A DNA stretch of 64,000 nucleotides, taken from NCBI GenBank assembly GCA_965238005.1, contig OZ250165.1, positions 3,648,001 to 3,712,000 on the forward strand, given 5' to 3'. Origin of the DNA: Longimicrobiales bacterium (GTDB lineage Bacteria; Gemmatimonadota; Gemmatimonadetes; Longimicrobiales; Gaopeijiaceae). Shown in pieces: positions 51,105 through 60,423 of the stretch (position 1 is its first letter; every line of letters starts with the position of its first letter). The notes beneath the pieces are model-generated. The model was not told where the DNA came from. It saw nothing but the letters and a program-made list of their open reading frames with translations, and did not search any database. The translations under genes and the position numbers were made by a program.

Positions 51105-52234
51105 GAGCCGAGCACCCCCGCGCCGCTCGGATCACCACCCGGCACCCCACCCGCATGGCCGCTTCCCGGTCCGCCGAGGATGTTCATCTTCAGATCGAAG
51201 TCGCTGGGGCTGTTGGACGCCGCCTTTCCGACCTGGAAGGTGATCAGCCCCTCGGTCACGAGCTCCATGAGGTGCTGATCGAAGGTCTGGGACCCGTAGT
51301 GCTCCCTCCCCTCGGCGATCAGGTCGTGAATCTCATCGATCCGCTCGGTATCGAGGATGCAGTCCCGGATGGTCCCCGTGACGCGCATGATCTCGGTCGC
51401 CACGACCCGTCCCAGGCCGTCGACGGTGGGAACCAGCCGCTGGCTGATCACGGACTGAATCGAGTCCGCCAGACGGACGCGGATCATGTCCTGCTCATCG
51501 TGCGTGAACACGGCGATCAGGCGGGACAGGGTCTGGACCGCGTTCTTGGTGTGGACCGTCGAGATGACCAGGTGACCGGTCTCGGCGGCCAGGAGCCCCG
51601 TATCGATGGTCTCCTTGTCGCGCATCTCACCGATGAGCAGAACGTCGGGGTCCTGGCGAAGGGAGGCCCGCAGCCCGGTCGCGAAGGACTCCGTATCGGA
51701 GCCCACGTCCCGCTGTGTGACGGAGGAGTTGAGGTCCCGGTGGAGGAACTCGATGGGGTTCTCCAGCGTGACGATGTGCTTCTTCATATGGCGGTTGATG
51801 TAGCCGATCATGGCCGCCATGGTGGAGCTCTTCCCGCTCCCCGTGACGCCCGTCACCAGGACCAGCCCGCGCTCCGTCTGTGAGATTTCCTCGAGGACCT
51901 TGGGCATCCTGAGATCCGCGAAGGTCGGGATCTCGATGGGGATGATCCGCATCACGATGGAGAAGACGCCCCGCTGCCTACTGATGTTCACACGGAAGCG
52001 GCCCAGCCCGGGAAGGCCCCAGGAGCAGTCGTAGTCCATGAGCTCGTCGATGCGGTCCCGGTCTTTCTCGTGGGGGATCAGCTTTACGGCGAGCTCCCGG
52101 ACCTGGGAGTGGGAGATCTTCTGCTCGGTGAGGGGGGCCAGCTCTCCGTGAAGACGGGCTCGGACATAGTCACCGGCCTTGATGTGGATGTCGCTGGCTC
52201 CATCCTGGATCGCCTTCTTGAACATCTCATTCAT
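51101..52234 (-). CDS. pilT: Type IV pilus retraction ATPase PilT/PilU family
   Basis: SDIHI, GVTGSGKSST, LRQDPD..GEMRD, AAETGHLV. Confidence 0.9.
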   Translation of the reverse strand: MNEMFKKAIQDGASDIHIKAGDYVRARLHGELAPLTEQKISHSQVRELAVKLIPHEKDRDRIDELMDYDCSWGLPGLGRFRVNISRQRGVFSIVMRIIPIEIPTFADLRMPKVLEEISQTERGLVLVTGVTGSGKSSTMAAMIGYINRHMKKHIVTLENPIEFLHRDLNSSVTQRDVGSDTESFATGLRASLRQDPDVLLIGEMRDKETIDTGLLAAETGHLVISTVHTKNAVQTLSRLIAVFTHDEQDMIRVRLADSIQSVISQRLVPTVDGLGRVVATEIMRVTGTIRDCILDTERIDEIHDLIAEGREHYGSQTFDQHLMELVTEGLITFQVGKAASNSPSDFDLKMNILGGPGSGHAGGVPGGDPSGAGVLGS

Positions 52235-52313
52235 TGGGCATCACCTTCGGTGATTCCTTAGATAGGGTCCTATCGCAAAGTACCGACGTTCCACCACGGG
52301 CGAAATCCGTCTC

Positions 52314-52499
52314 CTGGTGTTCCGTTGCCGAAGTTCGCGAGCCACCAAGAGGGTCGGGGCGCCGTGGGATCAAGGCGGGACGACGCGGCGTAGCGCAAGC
52401 GGGCACCGCGCGAAGCGTGGTCGTAAGGAGTTCCAACGCCGAGCCCACGGATGCACCGTGCCCTCGACTGGCCGAGACACTTTGGTAACGGGACACTAG
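52314..52499. mobile_element. MITE-like non-autonomous element with imperfect terminal inverted repeats
   Basis: Left TGGTGTTCCGTTGCCGAAGT vs reverse complement of right end TAGTGTCCCGTTACCAAAGT (16/20); no credible ORF. Confidence 0.55.
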
Positions 52500-52504
52500 T
52501 GCCC

Positions 52505-53518
52505 TCACAGGGCCGATGGCCAGTCGAGGCCCATTCGGTGGCGGGCTTCGGACAAGGTCTCGCTGGCGATGGATCGGGCGTGGGCGGCTCCGGCCTCCAG
52601 AACGTCACGCACCTCGTCCGTGTGCTCACGGTAGTAGAGGGCCTTCTCCCGGATGGGTGCAAACGCCTTCACGATGCTGTCGGCCAGGATACGCTTGCAG
52701 TCCACACAGCCCCGCTGGGCGGTCCGGCACTGCTCGTCGATGTCGGCAATCATGTCCGCGTCCGTGAGCAGCTTGTGGAGCGAGAAGACGTTGCAGACCT
52801 CGGGCCGGCCCGGATCCTCGCGCCGGACGCGCTGGGGGTCCGTCACGGCGCGCTTGACCCGATCCCAGATCTCGTCCTCATCGGCCAGGATCCCCACCGT
52901 GTTCCCCAGCGATTTGCTCATCTTGGTCCCGCCGTCGAGACCGATGATCCGCCCCACCTCGGGGATGATGGCCTCGGGCTCGGGAAAGTACTCGCCGTAG
53001 CGGGCATTCCACTTCCGGGCGATGTCGCGGGTCAACTCCAGATGCTGTCGCTGATCCTCTCCCACGGGCACGGCGTCCGCCCGGTAGATGAGGATGTCGG
53101 CCGCCTGTAGGACGGGATAGTTGAGCAACCCTACCGGGATGGACTCGTGTCTGGCCGATTTGTCCTTGTACTGCGTCATCCGCTCCAGGTCGCCCACGGG
53201 AGCCACCGTGTTGAAGAGCCACTGGAGCTCCAGGTGCTCCGAGACGTCGGACTGGACGAAGATCGTGCACTTCTCGGGGTCGAGGCCCACGGCCAGCAGG
53301 CTGATGGCCGCGTCGATCGTTCGGGCGGGCAGATCCGCTGGGTCCCCGTCGCCGAGGATGGCGTGCTGGTCCACGATGGCGTAGAAGCACTCGTACTCCT
53401 CCTGCATGTGGACCCACTGCCGCAGAGCCCCCAGGTAGTTGCCCAGGTGTACCTCGCCCGTGGGCTGAATGCCGCTGAGTACGCGCTTACGCCGTGTGGC
53501 CGTGTCGAGATCGCTCAT
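52505..53518 (-). CDS. trpS: Tryptophanyl-tRNA synthetase
   Basis: SGIQPTG..HLGN, YPVLQAADI, VPVGEDQ, KMSKS. Confidence 0.97.
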   Translation of the reverse strand: MSDLDTATRRKRVLSGIQPTGEVHLGNYLGALRQWVHMQEEYECFYAIVDQHAILGDGDPADLPARTIDAAISLLAVGLDPEKCTIFVQSDVSEHLELQWLFNTVAPVGDLERMTQYKDKSARHESIPVGLLNYPVLQAADILIYRADAVPVGEDQRQHLELTRDIARKWNARYGEYFPEPEAIIPEVGRIIGLDGGTKMSKSLGNTVGILADEDEIWDRVKRAVTDPQRVRREDPGRPEVCNVFSLHKLLTDADMIADIDEQCRTAQRGCVDCKRILADSIVKAFAPIREKALYYREHTDEVRDVLEAGAAHARSIASETLSEARHRMGLDWPSAL

Positions 53519-53590
53519 CGCGTAACTTACGTACGGTTCGAGAATATGTGAATCTTACGCCACCCGCGCTCCAACATCGACCGGAAGCCG

Positions 53591-54391
53591 ATGATCGATC
53601 TTCTCGAGACAGCACTGGACACCGCCCGTCTGGCCGCAGACGTCGCCGCGGCGGTCCACCGAGCCCATGGTACCTCCGTCTCGGTGGGCGACGCGACCAA
53701 GAAGGGCCGCGCGGACTACGTGTCCGCTACCGACCTGGAGGCGCAGGAAGCGTGTGTTGCCGTCATCCGGGAGCGGCATCCCGAGCACGCGATCCTGGCC
53801 GAAGAGGGCGCCGGGGAAGGCCTGGAAGTCACGCTTCCCGACGGCCCAGTGTGGGTGGTGGACCCCCTGGACGGCACCGCGAACTTCCTCCACGACCATC
53901 CCATGCACGCGGCCTCGGTGGCGCTCGCCATCGACGGGACTCCCGCCGTTGGAGCGGTGTCGTGCGCGCCCACCGGCGAGCGCTGGTGGGCCGCCCGTGG
54001 GCACGGGGCCTGGAAGAATGGACAATCCATAGCGGTGTCGTCCATCGCTGAGCGCGACCATGCTCTCATCGGAACCGGCTTCCCCTTCAAGAGCGAGCAC
54101 CTGCTCCAAGAGTACGCGGCCCAGCTCGTCCGGGTGCTGGAAGCCAGCGGAGGCGTGCGCCGGGGTGGCTCCGCCGCACTGGACCTCTGCTATCTGGCTG
54201 AGGGGAGGTTCGAGGCCTTCTGGGAGCTCTTCCTGAATCCGTGGGATTTCGCGGCGGGGTGGGTGATCATCGAGGAGGCGGGAGGGGTCACGAGCCGGGT
54301 AGGGGGTGGGTCCCTCGCCCTTTCCCAGGGAAGCGTCATGGGCGCCAACTCGCCGGCCATGCTCGAGGCGATCTCGGAGCTGTTGGAGTAG
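53591..54391 (+). CDS. suhB: Inositol monophosphatase family protein
   Basis: WVVDPLDGTANF, GSAALDL, PWDFAAG. Confidence 0.9.
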   Translation: MIDLLETALDTARLAADVAAAVHRAHGTSVSVGDATKKGRADYVSATDLEAQEACVAVIRERHPEHAILAEEGAGEGLEVTLPDGPVWVVDPLDGTANFLHDHPMHAASVALAIDGTPAVGAVSCAPTGERWWAARGHGAWKNGQSIAVSSIAERDHALIGTGFPFKSEHLLQEYAAQLVRVLEASGGVRRGGSAALDLCYLAEGRFEAFWELFLNPWDFAAGWVIIEEAGGVTSRVGGGSLALSQGSVMGANSPAMLEAISELLE

Positions 54392-54425
54392 GAGCGGGGG
54401 GGGCGCCCCCCTCCTCGGCCGCCCC

Positions 54426-55028
54426 CTAATCGGCCACCCACCAACCGGCCGCTCCCGATCGGCCCACCCCGATGGGCCGACCCGAGTAGGTCGACCCAAG
54501 AACGAAAGCGGGCCCGGATGTCTCCGGACCCGCCACGTATGCTTCAGACTTCCGCGTCGAACGGGAGCCTGACTCGCTGCCCTTGATCTCGATGGTGCGG
54601 CTCTTGGCCTCCGCGGCCTTGGGCATGCGCACGGTCAGGATCCCGTTGTCGAAGTCGGCCTTGACCCCATCGACCGCGACCGACTTGGGGAGTGTGAAGG
54701 CCCTCTGGAAGCTCCCATAGCGACGCTCCCAAACGTGGTAGCTGCTCTTGTCGTCCCCCTCCTCGCGCTCCTCCCGCTTCTCACCGCGGATCGTTAGAAT
54801 GTTGTTCTCGATCTCGAGGTGGACGTCCTCCTCGGCCATGCCCGGGAGCTCGGCTGTGAGGAGAAGCTCATCCGGTCCCTTTTCGACGTTGACCGCCGGG
54901 AGCCATGAGCCTGTGGGCTCCGCCGTGTCCCGGGCCTCGTCGAAGAGCCGCGGAAGGCGATTCGCGAAGCCCGTGAGCTCGGGCCAGGGCGAGAAGATTC
55001 GCCGGGGGGTGTATCTCATGATTGCCAT
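54426..55028 (-). CDS. Hsp20/alpha-crystallin small heat-shock protein with apparent read-through tail
   Basis: AAGGAG RBS; AELPG, ERRYGSFQRAFTLP, NGILTV. Confidence 0.9.
   Translation of the reverse strand: MAIMRYTPRRIFSPWPELTGFANRLPRLFDEARDTAEPTGSWLPAVNVEKGPDELLLTAELPGMAEEDVHLEIENNILTIRGEKREEREEGDDKSSYHVWERRYGSFQRAFTLPKSVAVDGVKADFDNGILTVRMPKAAEAKSRTIEIKGSESGSRSTRKSEAYVAGPETSGPAFVLGSTYSGRPIGVGRSGAAGWWVAD
54498..54533 (-). terminator. Intrinsic terminator lying inside the hsp20 ORF tail
   Basis: GCGGGTCCGGA-GACA-TCCGGGCCCGC followed by TTTCGTTCTT. Confidence 0.65.
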
Positions 55029-55130
55029 CGGAGTAACTCCTTGATCGGATTGGTGCGACATGAGGCGGGCGGCGGTCCTGAACCTCTCGAACCGAGTAGG
55101 TGGGACCTCCGACCGCCAAGCACCGACGGT

Positions 55131-55146
55131 TGCATGAGCCGTGCCA
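55131..55146 (-). promoter_or_regulatory. Candidate sigma54 promoter of hsp20
   Basis: TGGCACGGCTCATGCA: TGGCACG-N4-(A)TGCA with exact GG-N10-GC spacing. Confidence 0.65.
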
Positions 55147-55388
55147 CGGTCACGAGGGGAAAGTCTGCCAAATGTACATGTGTCAACGACTTACAACGAC
55201 GATTGGGTGCCGTAATGACCCGTTCCCGGGCTCGTGGGCTGCTGTTTTGGCAGTCCACAGAACGCCGGGCTCCGATACCGGCCCGCTCCTTGCCACGAGG
55301 CTTGATGGGGGCGGATTGAGAGGGCAGCACCGCCGCTCGAGGGGGCCGCGTGGCGGCCCCGCCGAACGGGCAACATGGAGACCAGAAG

Positions 55389-56429
55389 GTGCATGATCGC
55401 ATGGCGGTAGGAGTCCTTGGCGCAACGGGAACGGTGGGTCAGAAGCTCGTCCAGCTCCTGGACGGCCACCCCTGGTTCCGTCTGGCCGAGGTGAGCGCCT
55501 CGGCCTCGTCGGCCGGGCAGACCCTCGGCGAGCGGGTGCCCGGAGGCGGCCTTCCCGCCGAGGCGGCCGCCCTTCCCCTGGGCGCTCCGGACTCGGAGTG
55601 GGAGTCCCCCATCCTCCTTTCCGCCCTTCCGTCGGGGGCGGCCCGCGACATGGAGATCCGCCTGGCCGAAGCCGGGCATCTGGTCGTGAGCAACGCCTCG
55701 GCCCACCGGATGCGCCACGACGTGCCACTCCTGATTCCCGAGGTCAACGCCGATCATCTCGAGATGGTGGAGAGCCAGCCGTGGGACGGCGCCTTGGTCA
55801 CCAACCCCAACTGTGCCGTGGCCGGCCTAGTGCTGGCGCTGGCGCCCCTGAACGACGCCTTCGGCATCGAGCGTGTGGTCACCACGTCCCTCCAGGCCAT
55901 ATCCGGGGCCGGCACGCCGGGACCCCCGGCCGGAAGCCTTCTAGACAACGTCCTGCCCCTCATCGAGGGAGAAGAGGAGAAGCTGGCCGAGGAGCCCCAG
56001 AAGATTCTGGGGAGCGTAAGCGGAGGGGTGCTGGCCGAGGCCGACTTCGCCGTGAGCGCGTCATGCACCCGGGTATCGGTGTCCGACGGTCATCTCCTCT
56101 CGGTCTCGGTCGCTCTCGCCGGCGGACCCTCGCCCGGGCGGGTCACGGAGGCCATTCAGAACTTTCGGACTCCGGAGGCCACCAGGGGGCTGCCCACCTC
56201 GCCGGAGCATGCCGTCCGGGTCATGGCCGAGGAGGATCGACCACAACCGCGACTCGACCGTGATCTGGGTCACGGGATGACCGTCACCGTGGGTCGCGTC
56301 CGGCCGTGCGAGGTCCTGGATGTGAAGTTCTTCGTCCTGGCCCACAACCTGGTACGCGGCGCGGCCGGCGCGGCGCTCCTGAACGCCGAGCTGTGCCGGG
56401 CGGAGGGGATCGCCGAGGGAGTACGATGA
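55389..56429 (+). CDS. asd: Aspartate-semialdehyde dehydrogenase
   Basis: GATGTVG, SNASAHR, TNPNC, QAISGAG, HNLVRGAAG. Confidence 0.93.
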   Translation: MHDRMAVGVLGATGTVGQKLVQLLDGHPWFRLAEVSASASSAGQTLGERVPGGGLPAEAAALPLGAPDSEWESPILLSALPSGAARDMEIRLAEAGHLVVSNASAHRMRHDVPLLIPEVNADHLEMVESQPWDGALVTNPNCAVAGLVLALAPLNDAFGIERVVTTSLQAISGAGTPGPPAGSLLDNVLPLIEGEEEKLAEEPQKILGSVSGGVLAEADFAVSASCTRVSVSDGHLLSVSVALAGGPSPGRVTEAIQNFRTPEATRGLPTSPEHAVRVMAEEDRPQPRLDRDLGHGMTVTVGRVRPCEVLDVKFFVLAHNLVRGAAGAALLNAELCRAEGIAEGVR

Positions 56430-57880
56430 CGGACCGACCGACCCTCACGGACACCGACCTCTGCGGCGAGACCTCGGAGCGGGTAGGTTCGGCCCACGAG
56501 CTCGCGGGCGGCCCGACTACCGCGGTCCCCCGCATCCACAAGTTCGGAGGGACTTCGGTGGACGGGGCCGAACGGCTGAGAGCCCTTGCCCGTATCATCC
56601 GGGATCAGGACGATCCCGCCGTGGTCGTGGTCTCCGCCATGGCCGGTGTCAGCGACGAGCTGGGCGGGCTGGTGGGGGGGCCGGACGACGCCTCGCGGGC
56701 GTCCGATCCCTCACAGGTCGTCGAGGGTCTACGCAGGCGGCACCACGACGCGCTGCTGGAGCTGATCGACGAAGGCCCGGAGCGCGCCGCCGTGGCCACC
56801 CGAATCGACCAGATACTGGACGGCGTGTCGGCGCTTCTGCCCCCTGCGCCCGGCGCGGATCCGCTACGCTTGAGGGACCAACTGATGGCGGCCGGCGAGG
56901 ACCTTACGGTCGAGCTGACCCTGGCGGCGCTGAAGGCCGAGGGCGTGTCGGCCACCGGCAAGGACGCCCGGAGTATCGTTTGGACGGATGCCGGATTCGG
57001 CGCCGCCATCCCGGACGTGGACGCCATTGCGCGGCTGGCTCCCGAGCGCATCCGGCCCCTTCTCGACGCCGGCACGGTGCCCGTGGTCCAGGGCTTCATC
57101 GGGAGCGAGGCGGGCGGGAGCACCACCACGCTGGGCCGGGGGGGATCCGACTTCACCGCGGCACTTCTCGGAGCCGCGCTGGACGCATCGGAAGTGGTGA
57201 TCTGGACCGACGTGGACGGCATGTACTCGGGAGACCCCAACCTGGTTCGGGCCGCCGAGGTCCTGCCCGAGGTGGGCTTCGGCGAGGCGGTGGAGCTCGC
57301 CTACTTCGGGGCGCGGGTCGTCCACCCGTCGGCCGTCAAGCACACCATCGCCCGGGATGTGCTCATGCGGATCAAGAACGCGTTCGCACCCGAGCGGGAG
57401 GGAACGCTCATCCACTTCGACCGGCGGGACACGGCGGCCTTCGCCGCCGTGGCAAACAAGACCAACGTCGCCCTCATCGAGGTACGGGCGTTTCCCACAG
57501 CCATGGCGTACGGCTTTCTCGCCCGGGTCTTCGCGGTGCTGGCAAGCCATCGAGTACCCGTGGACCTGGTGGCGACATCCCACAGCAGCACGGCCTTCAC
57601 CGTGGACCGGGACCAGGAGCTGACGGAGGTGCGGCGGGCCCTCTCGGTATTCTCCGAAGTGGACGTGATAGAGGACGTCGCCACCGTCACGGTCGTCGGC
57701 CGCGGACTCCTGCGGGAGCCGGGACTCGACGCCCTGGTGTTCTGGGCCGTGGAGAAGACGCCGGTCTACCTGATCTCCCAGGCTTCCGACGTCAGCATCA
57801 GCTTCGTGGTAGACGGGGTCGAGGCGCCCGAGTTGGTCCGCAAGCTCCACCTGTCGCTCATCGAGCTCAGGAGGACCTAG
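56426..57880 (+). CDS. lysC: Aspartokinase
   Basis: KFGGTSV, VVSAM, TLGRGGSDFTA, WTDVDG, ACT domains. Confidence 0.93.
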   Translation: MTDRPTLTDTDLCGETSERVGSAHELAGGPTTAVPRIHKFGGTSVDGAERLRALARIIRDQDDPAVVVVSAMAGVSDELGGLVGGPDDASRASDPSQVVEGLRRRHHDALLELIDEGPERAAVATRIDQILDGVSALLPPAPGADPLRLRDQLMAAGEDLTVELTLAALKAEGVSATGKDARSIVWTDAGFGAAIPDVDAIARLAPERIRPLLDAGTVPVVQGFIGSEAGGSTTTLGRGGSDFTAALLGAALDASEVVIWTDVDGMYSGDPNLVRAAEVLPEVGFGEAVELAYFGARVVHPSAVKHTIARDVLMRIKNAFAPEREGTLIHFDRRDTAAFAAVANKTNVALIEVRAFPTAMAYGFLARVFAVLASHRVPVDLVATSHSSTAFTVDRDQELTEVRRALSVFSEVDVIEDVATVTVVGRGLLREPGLDALVFWAVEKTPVYLISQASDVSISFVVDGVEAPELVRKLHLSLIELRRT

Positions 57881-57905
57881 TGTTCCGTTACCAGGACAGC
57901 GCGCC

Positions 57906-58643
57906 ATGAAGATCGCCCTGGTGGGGTACGGCCGGATGGGCCACGCCGTGGAGGAGGTGGCCCTGGCGAAGGGTCACGAGATCGTGGCCCGCATCGATCC
58001 CGTCCTGGACTCGCGCGAAGTCACGCCCGAATCCCTGGACGATGCCGAGGTGGCCATCGAATTCAGCGTGCCCGGTGCCGTGACCCGCAACGTCGGCGCC
58101 ATCGCCGAAGCCGGCGTGGACGCCGTCGTGGGGACCACGGGCTGGCACTCGGGGATGGACAAAGTGGTGGCCGCGGTCGAGGCGGCCGGCATCGGTCTGA
58201 TCTACGCGCCCAACTTCTCCCTCGGTGTGCAACTCTTCCTGCGGCTCGCCCGAAGCGCGGCAAGACTGGCGAACGCCCTCGAGGAGTACGACGTGCACGT
58301 GTGGGAAGCGCACCACCGGCACAAGATCGATCACCCCAGCGGGACGGCCATCGATCTGGCGGACTTGTTGATAGAGGAGCTCGACCGCAAAGGACGCTGG
58401 TCCGAAGCACCCCCGGGCGGCGCCCCCGACGCACAAGTTCTGTACGTGGCCAGCCAGCGGGCCGGCGAGACGCCCGGGACCCACGTCGTCGGGCTCGAGG
58501 GACCCGACGACCGCATCGAGCTGCGCCACGAGGCCCGAAGCCGGGCCGGCTTCGCCCGGGGCGCGGTGGAGGCGGCCGAGTGGGTTCCAGGCCGCTCCGG
58601 TGTGTTCACCCTCGACGACATGCTCGCCGAGCGATTCGGCTAG
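57906..58643 (+). CDS. dapB: 4-hydroxy-tetrahydrodipicolinate reductase
   Basis: GYGRMG, GTTGW, NFSLG, EAHHRHKIDHPSGTA. Confidence 0.95.
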   Translation: MKIALVGYGRMGHAVEEVALAKGHEIVARIDPVLDSREVTPESLDDAEVAIEFSVPGAVTRNVGAIAEAGVDAVVGTTGWHSGMDKVVAAVEAAGIGLIYAPNFSLGVQLFLRLARSAARLANALEEYDVHVWEAHHRHKIDHPSGTAIDLADLLIEELDRKGRWSEAPPGGAPDAQVLYVASQRAGETPGTHVVGLEGPDDRIELRHEARSRAGFARGAVEAAEWVPGRSGVFTLDDMLAERFG

Positions 58644-58676
58644 ATTGGATGCTTTGAGCGAGAGCAGGAGAGGAAC

Positions 58677-59582
58677 ATGGACGCCGACCGTTTCAGAGGC
58701 GTGGGTGTAGCCCTGGTCACACCCTTCCGCGAGGACGGATCCGTAGACACGGACGCCCTCCGTCGCCACGTGCACTTCCAGATCGACGGCGGTGTCGGGG
58801 TCATGGTGCCGTGCGGCACCACCGGCGAGAGCGCCACCCTGTCGGCCGACGAACAGGCCCTCGTTGTGCACGAGATCGTCAGCGCTGCTCAGGGACGGGT
58901 GCCGGTCCTGGCGGGGGCGGGCGGCAGCGACACGGCCGACGTGGTCCGTCGGGCGCGGGCGGCACGGGAGGCCGGTGCCGATGGCATCCTCTGCGTGAGT
59001 CCGGCGTACAACAAGCCCAGCCAGCGGGGGCTTGTCGAGCACTACCGTGCAGTGGCCGGAGCAGTCGACTGCCCCGTCGTGGTGTACAACGTTCCTGGGC
59101 GAACCTCTTCCAACGTCCTCCCCGAAACCCTGTTGGCGCTCGCCGAGTTGGACAACATCGTGGGTGTCAAAGAGGCCTCGGGAGACATGAACCAGATCAT
59201 GACGATCGTGAGAGAGCGGCCCGAGGGGTTTCTGGTGCTCTCGGGAGACGACAGCCTTACCCTGCCCATCATCGCCGCCGGGGCCGACGGAGTGATCTCG
59301 GTGGTGGCCAACGAAGCGCCCAGCCTCATGTCCCGCTTGGTGGGCGCCGCCCTCCGAGGGGACTACGACGAGGCGCGCACGCTCCACTACCGGCTGCTGC
59401 CCCTCATGCAGGCCAACTTCGTCGAGACGAATCCCGTACCGGTGAAGGCGGCCCTGGCGATCATGGGGCGTCTGGAGGCGAGGTACCGCCTGCCCCTGGT
59501 GCCCCTGGATGCCGCGAACGAGCCCCGCCTCCGTCACGCCCTGGCCGAGGCCGGGCTGCTGGAAGCCGAGATGGTCGGGTGA
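58677..59582 (+). CDS. dapA: 4-hydroxy-tetrahydrodipicolinate synthase
   Basis: GTTGES, YNKP, YNVPGRT, VKEASG, ETNPVPVK. Confidence 0.96.
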   Translation: MDADRFRGVGVALVTPFREDGSVDTDALRRHVHFQIDGGVGVMVPCGTTGESATLSADEQALVVHEIVSAAQGRVPVLAGAGGSDTADVVRRARAAREAGADGILCVSPAYNKPSQRGLVEHYRAVAGAVDCPVVVYNVPGRTSSNVLPETLLALAELDNIVGVKEASGDMNQIMTIVRERPEGFLVLSGDDSLTLPIIAAGADGVISVVANEAPSLMSRLVGAALRGDYDEARTLHYRLLPLMQANFVETNPVPVKAALAIMGRLEARYRLPLVPLDAANEPRLRHALAEAGLLEAEMVG

Positions 59583-59583
59583 C

Positions 59584-60423
59584 GTGGATACGGAGGCGCT
59601 GAAAGCCACCATCGTCCGTTTGGCCGCGTCGGATCTCGGCGAGAGCACCGAAGAGGCCCGGATCGCCGTCACCCGACTCCTGGACGCCCTCACGCGAGGT
59701 GAGGTGCGCTCGGCCCGGAAGGAGGAAGGTGAGTGGCGGGCCGTGGAGTGGGTGAAGACCGGGATCCTCCTGGCGTTCCGCGTCGGGCGAACCCGGGAGT
59801 TCCCCGCCAGCCCGGCGTCTTACTACGACAAGGACACGCTCCCGCTCCGGGACACGCGCGGCGTCGAGGAGAACATCCGGATCGTTCCGGGGGGCAGCTC
59901 AGTGCGCTCCGGCGCGTTCCTCGGCGAGAACGTGATCATCATGCCGCCGGCCTTCGTGAACATCGGAGCGTACGTGGGCCGGGACACGATGATCGACTCC
60001 CATGCACTGGTGGGCTCGTGTGCCCAGGTCGGTGAGCGGGTGCACCTGAGCGCCGGAGCCCAGCTGGGCGGCGTGCTCGAGCCCGTGGGGTTGCGGCCGG
60101 TGATCGTAGAGGACGACGCGATGATCGGCGGCAACGTGGGCGTCTTCGAGGGGACCCTGGTGGGAGAGAGAGCGGTGCTGGCGCCCGGCGTTCAGCTCAC
60201 TTCTTCCACCACCGTGTGCGACCTGGTTCGGGAGCAGGCGTACCGCGGCGCCCCCGACCGCCCCCTGACCATCCCTCCCGGCGCCGTGGTCGTCCCCGGT
60301 TCACGGGCGGTGAACAGCGACTTCGCACGGGAGCAGGGAGTCCAGCTGTACGCATCCGTCATAGTGAAGTACCGCGATGCGTCTACGGATGCCGCCACGG
60401 CCCTGGAGGACGCTCTCCGCTGA
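59584..60423 (+). CDS. dapD: Tetrahydrodipicolinate N-succinyltransferase
   Basis: RIVPGG, VNIGAYV, VGSCAQVG, GGVLEP. Confidence 0.93.
   Translation: MDTEALKATIVRLAASDLGESTEEARIAVTRLLDALTRGEVRSARKEEGEWRAVEWVKTGILLAFRVGRTREFPASPASYYDKDTLPLRDTRGVEENIRIVPGGSSVRSGAFLGENVIIMPPAFVNIGAYVGRDTMIDSHALVGSCAQVGERVHLSAGAQLGGVLEPVGLRPVIVEDDAMIGGNVGVFEGTLVGERAVLAPGVQLTSSTTVCDLVREQAYRGAPDRPLTIPPGAVVVPGSRAVNSDFAREQGVQLYASVIVKYRDASTDAATALEDALR

Noticed and set aside
55030..55388. Lysine riboswitch before asd or CIRCE before hsp20
   Set aside because: No recognisable L-box core or TTAGCACTC-N9-GAGTGCTAA
60383..60423. Convergent 3' overlap of dapD and the sugar kinase (also pip/hydrolase at 27134-27152)
   Set aside because: Short tail overlaps are common in GC-rich genomes; no evidence of function
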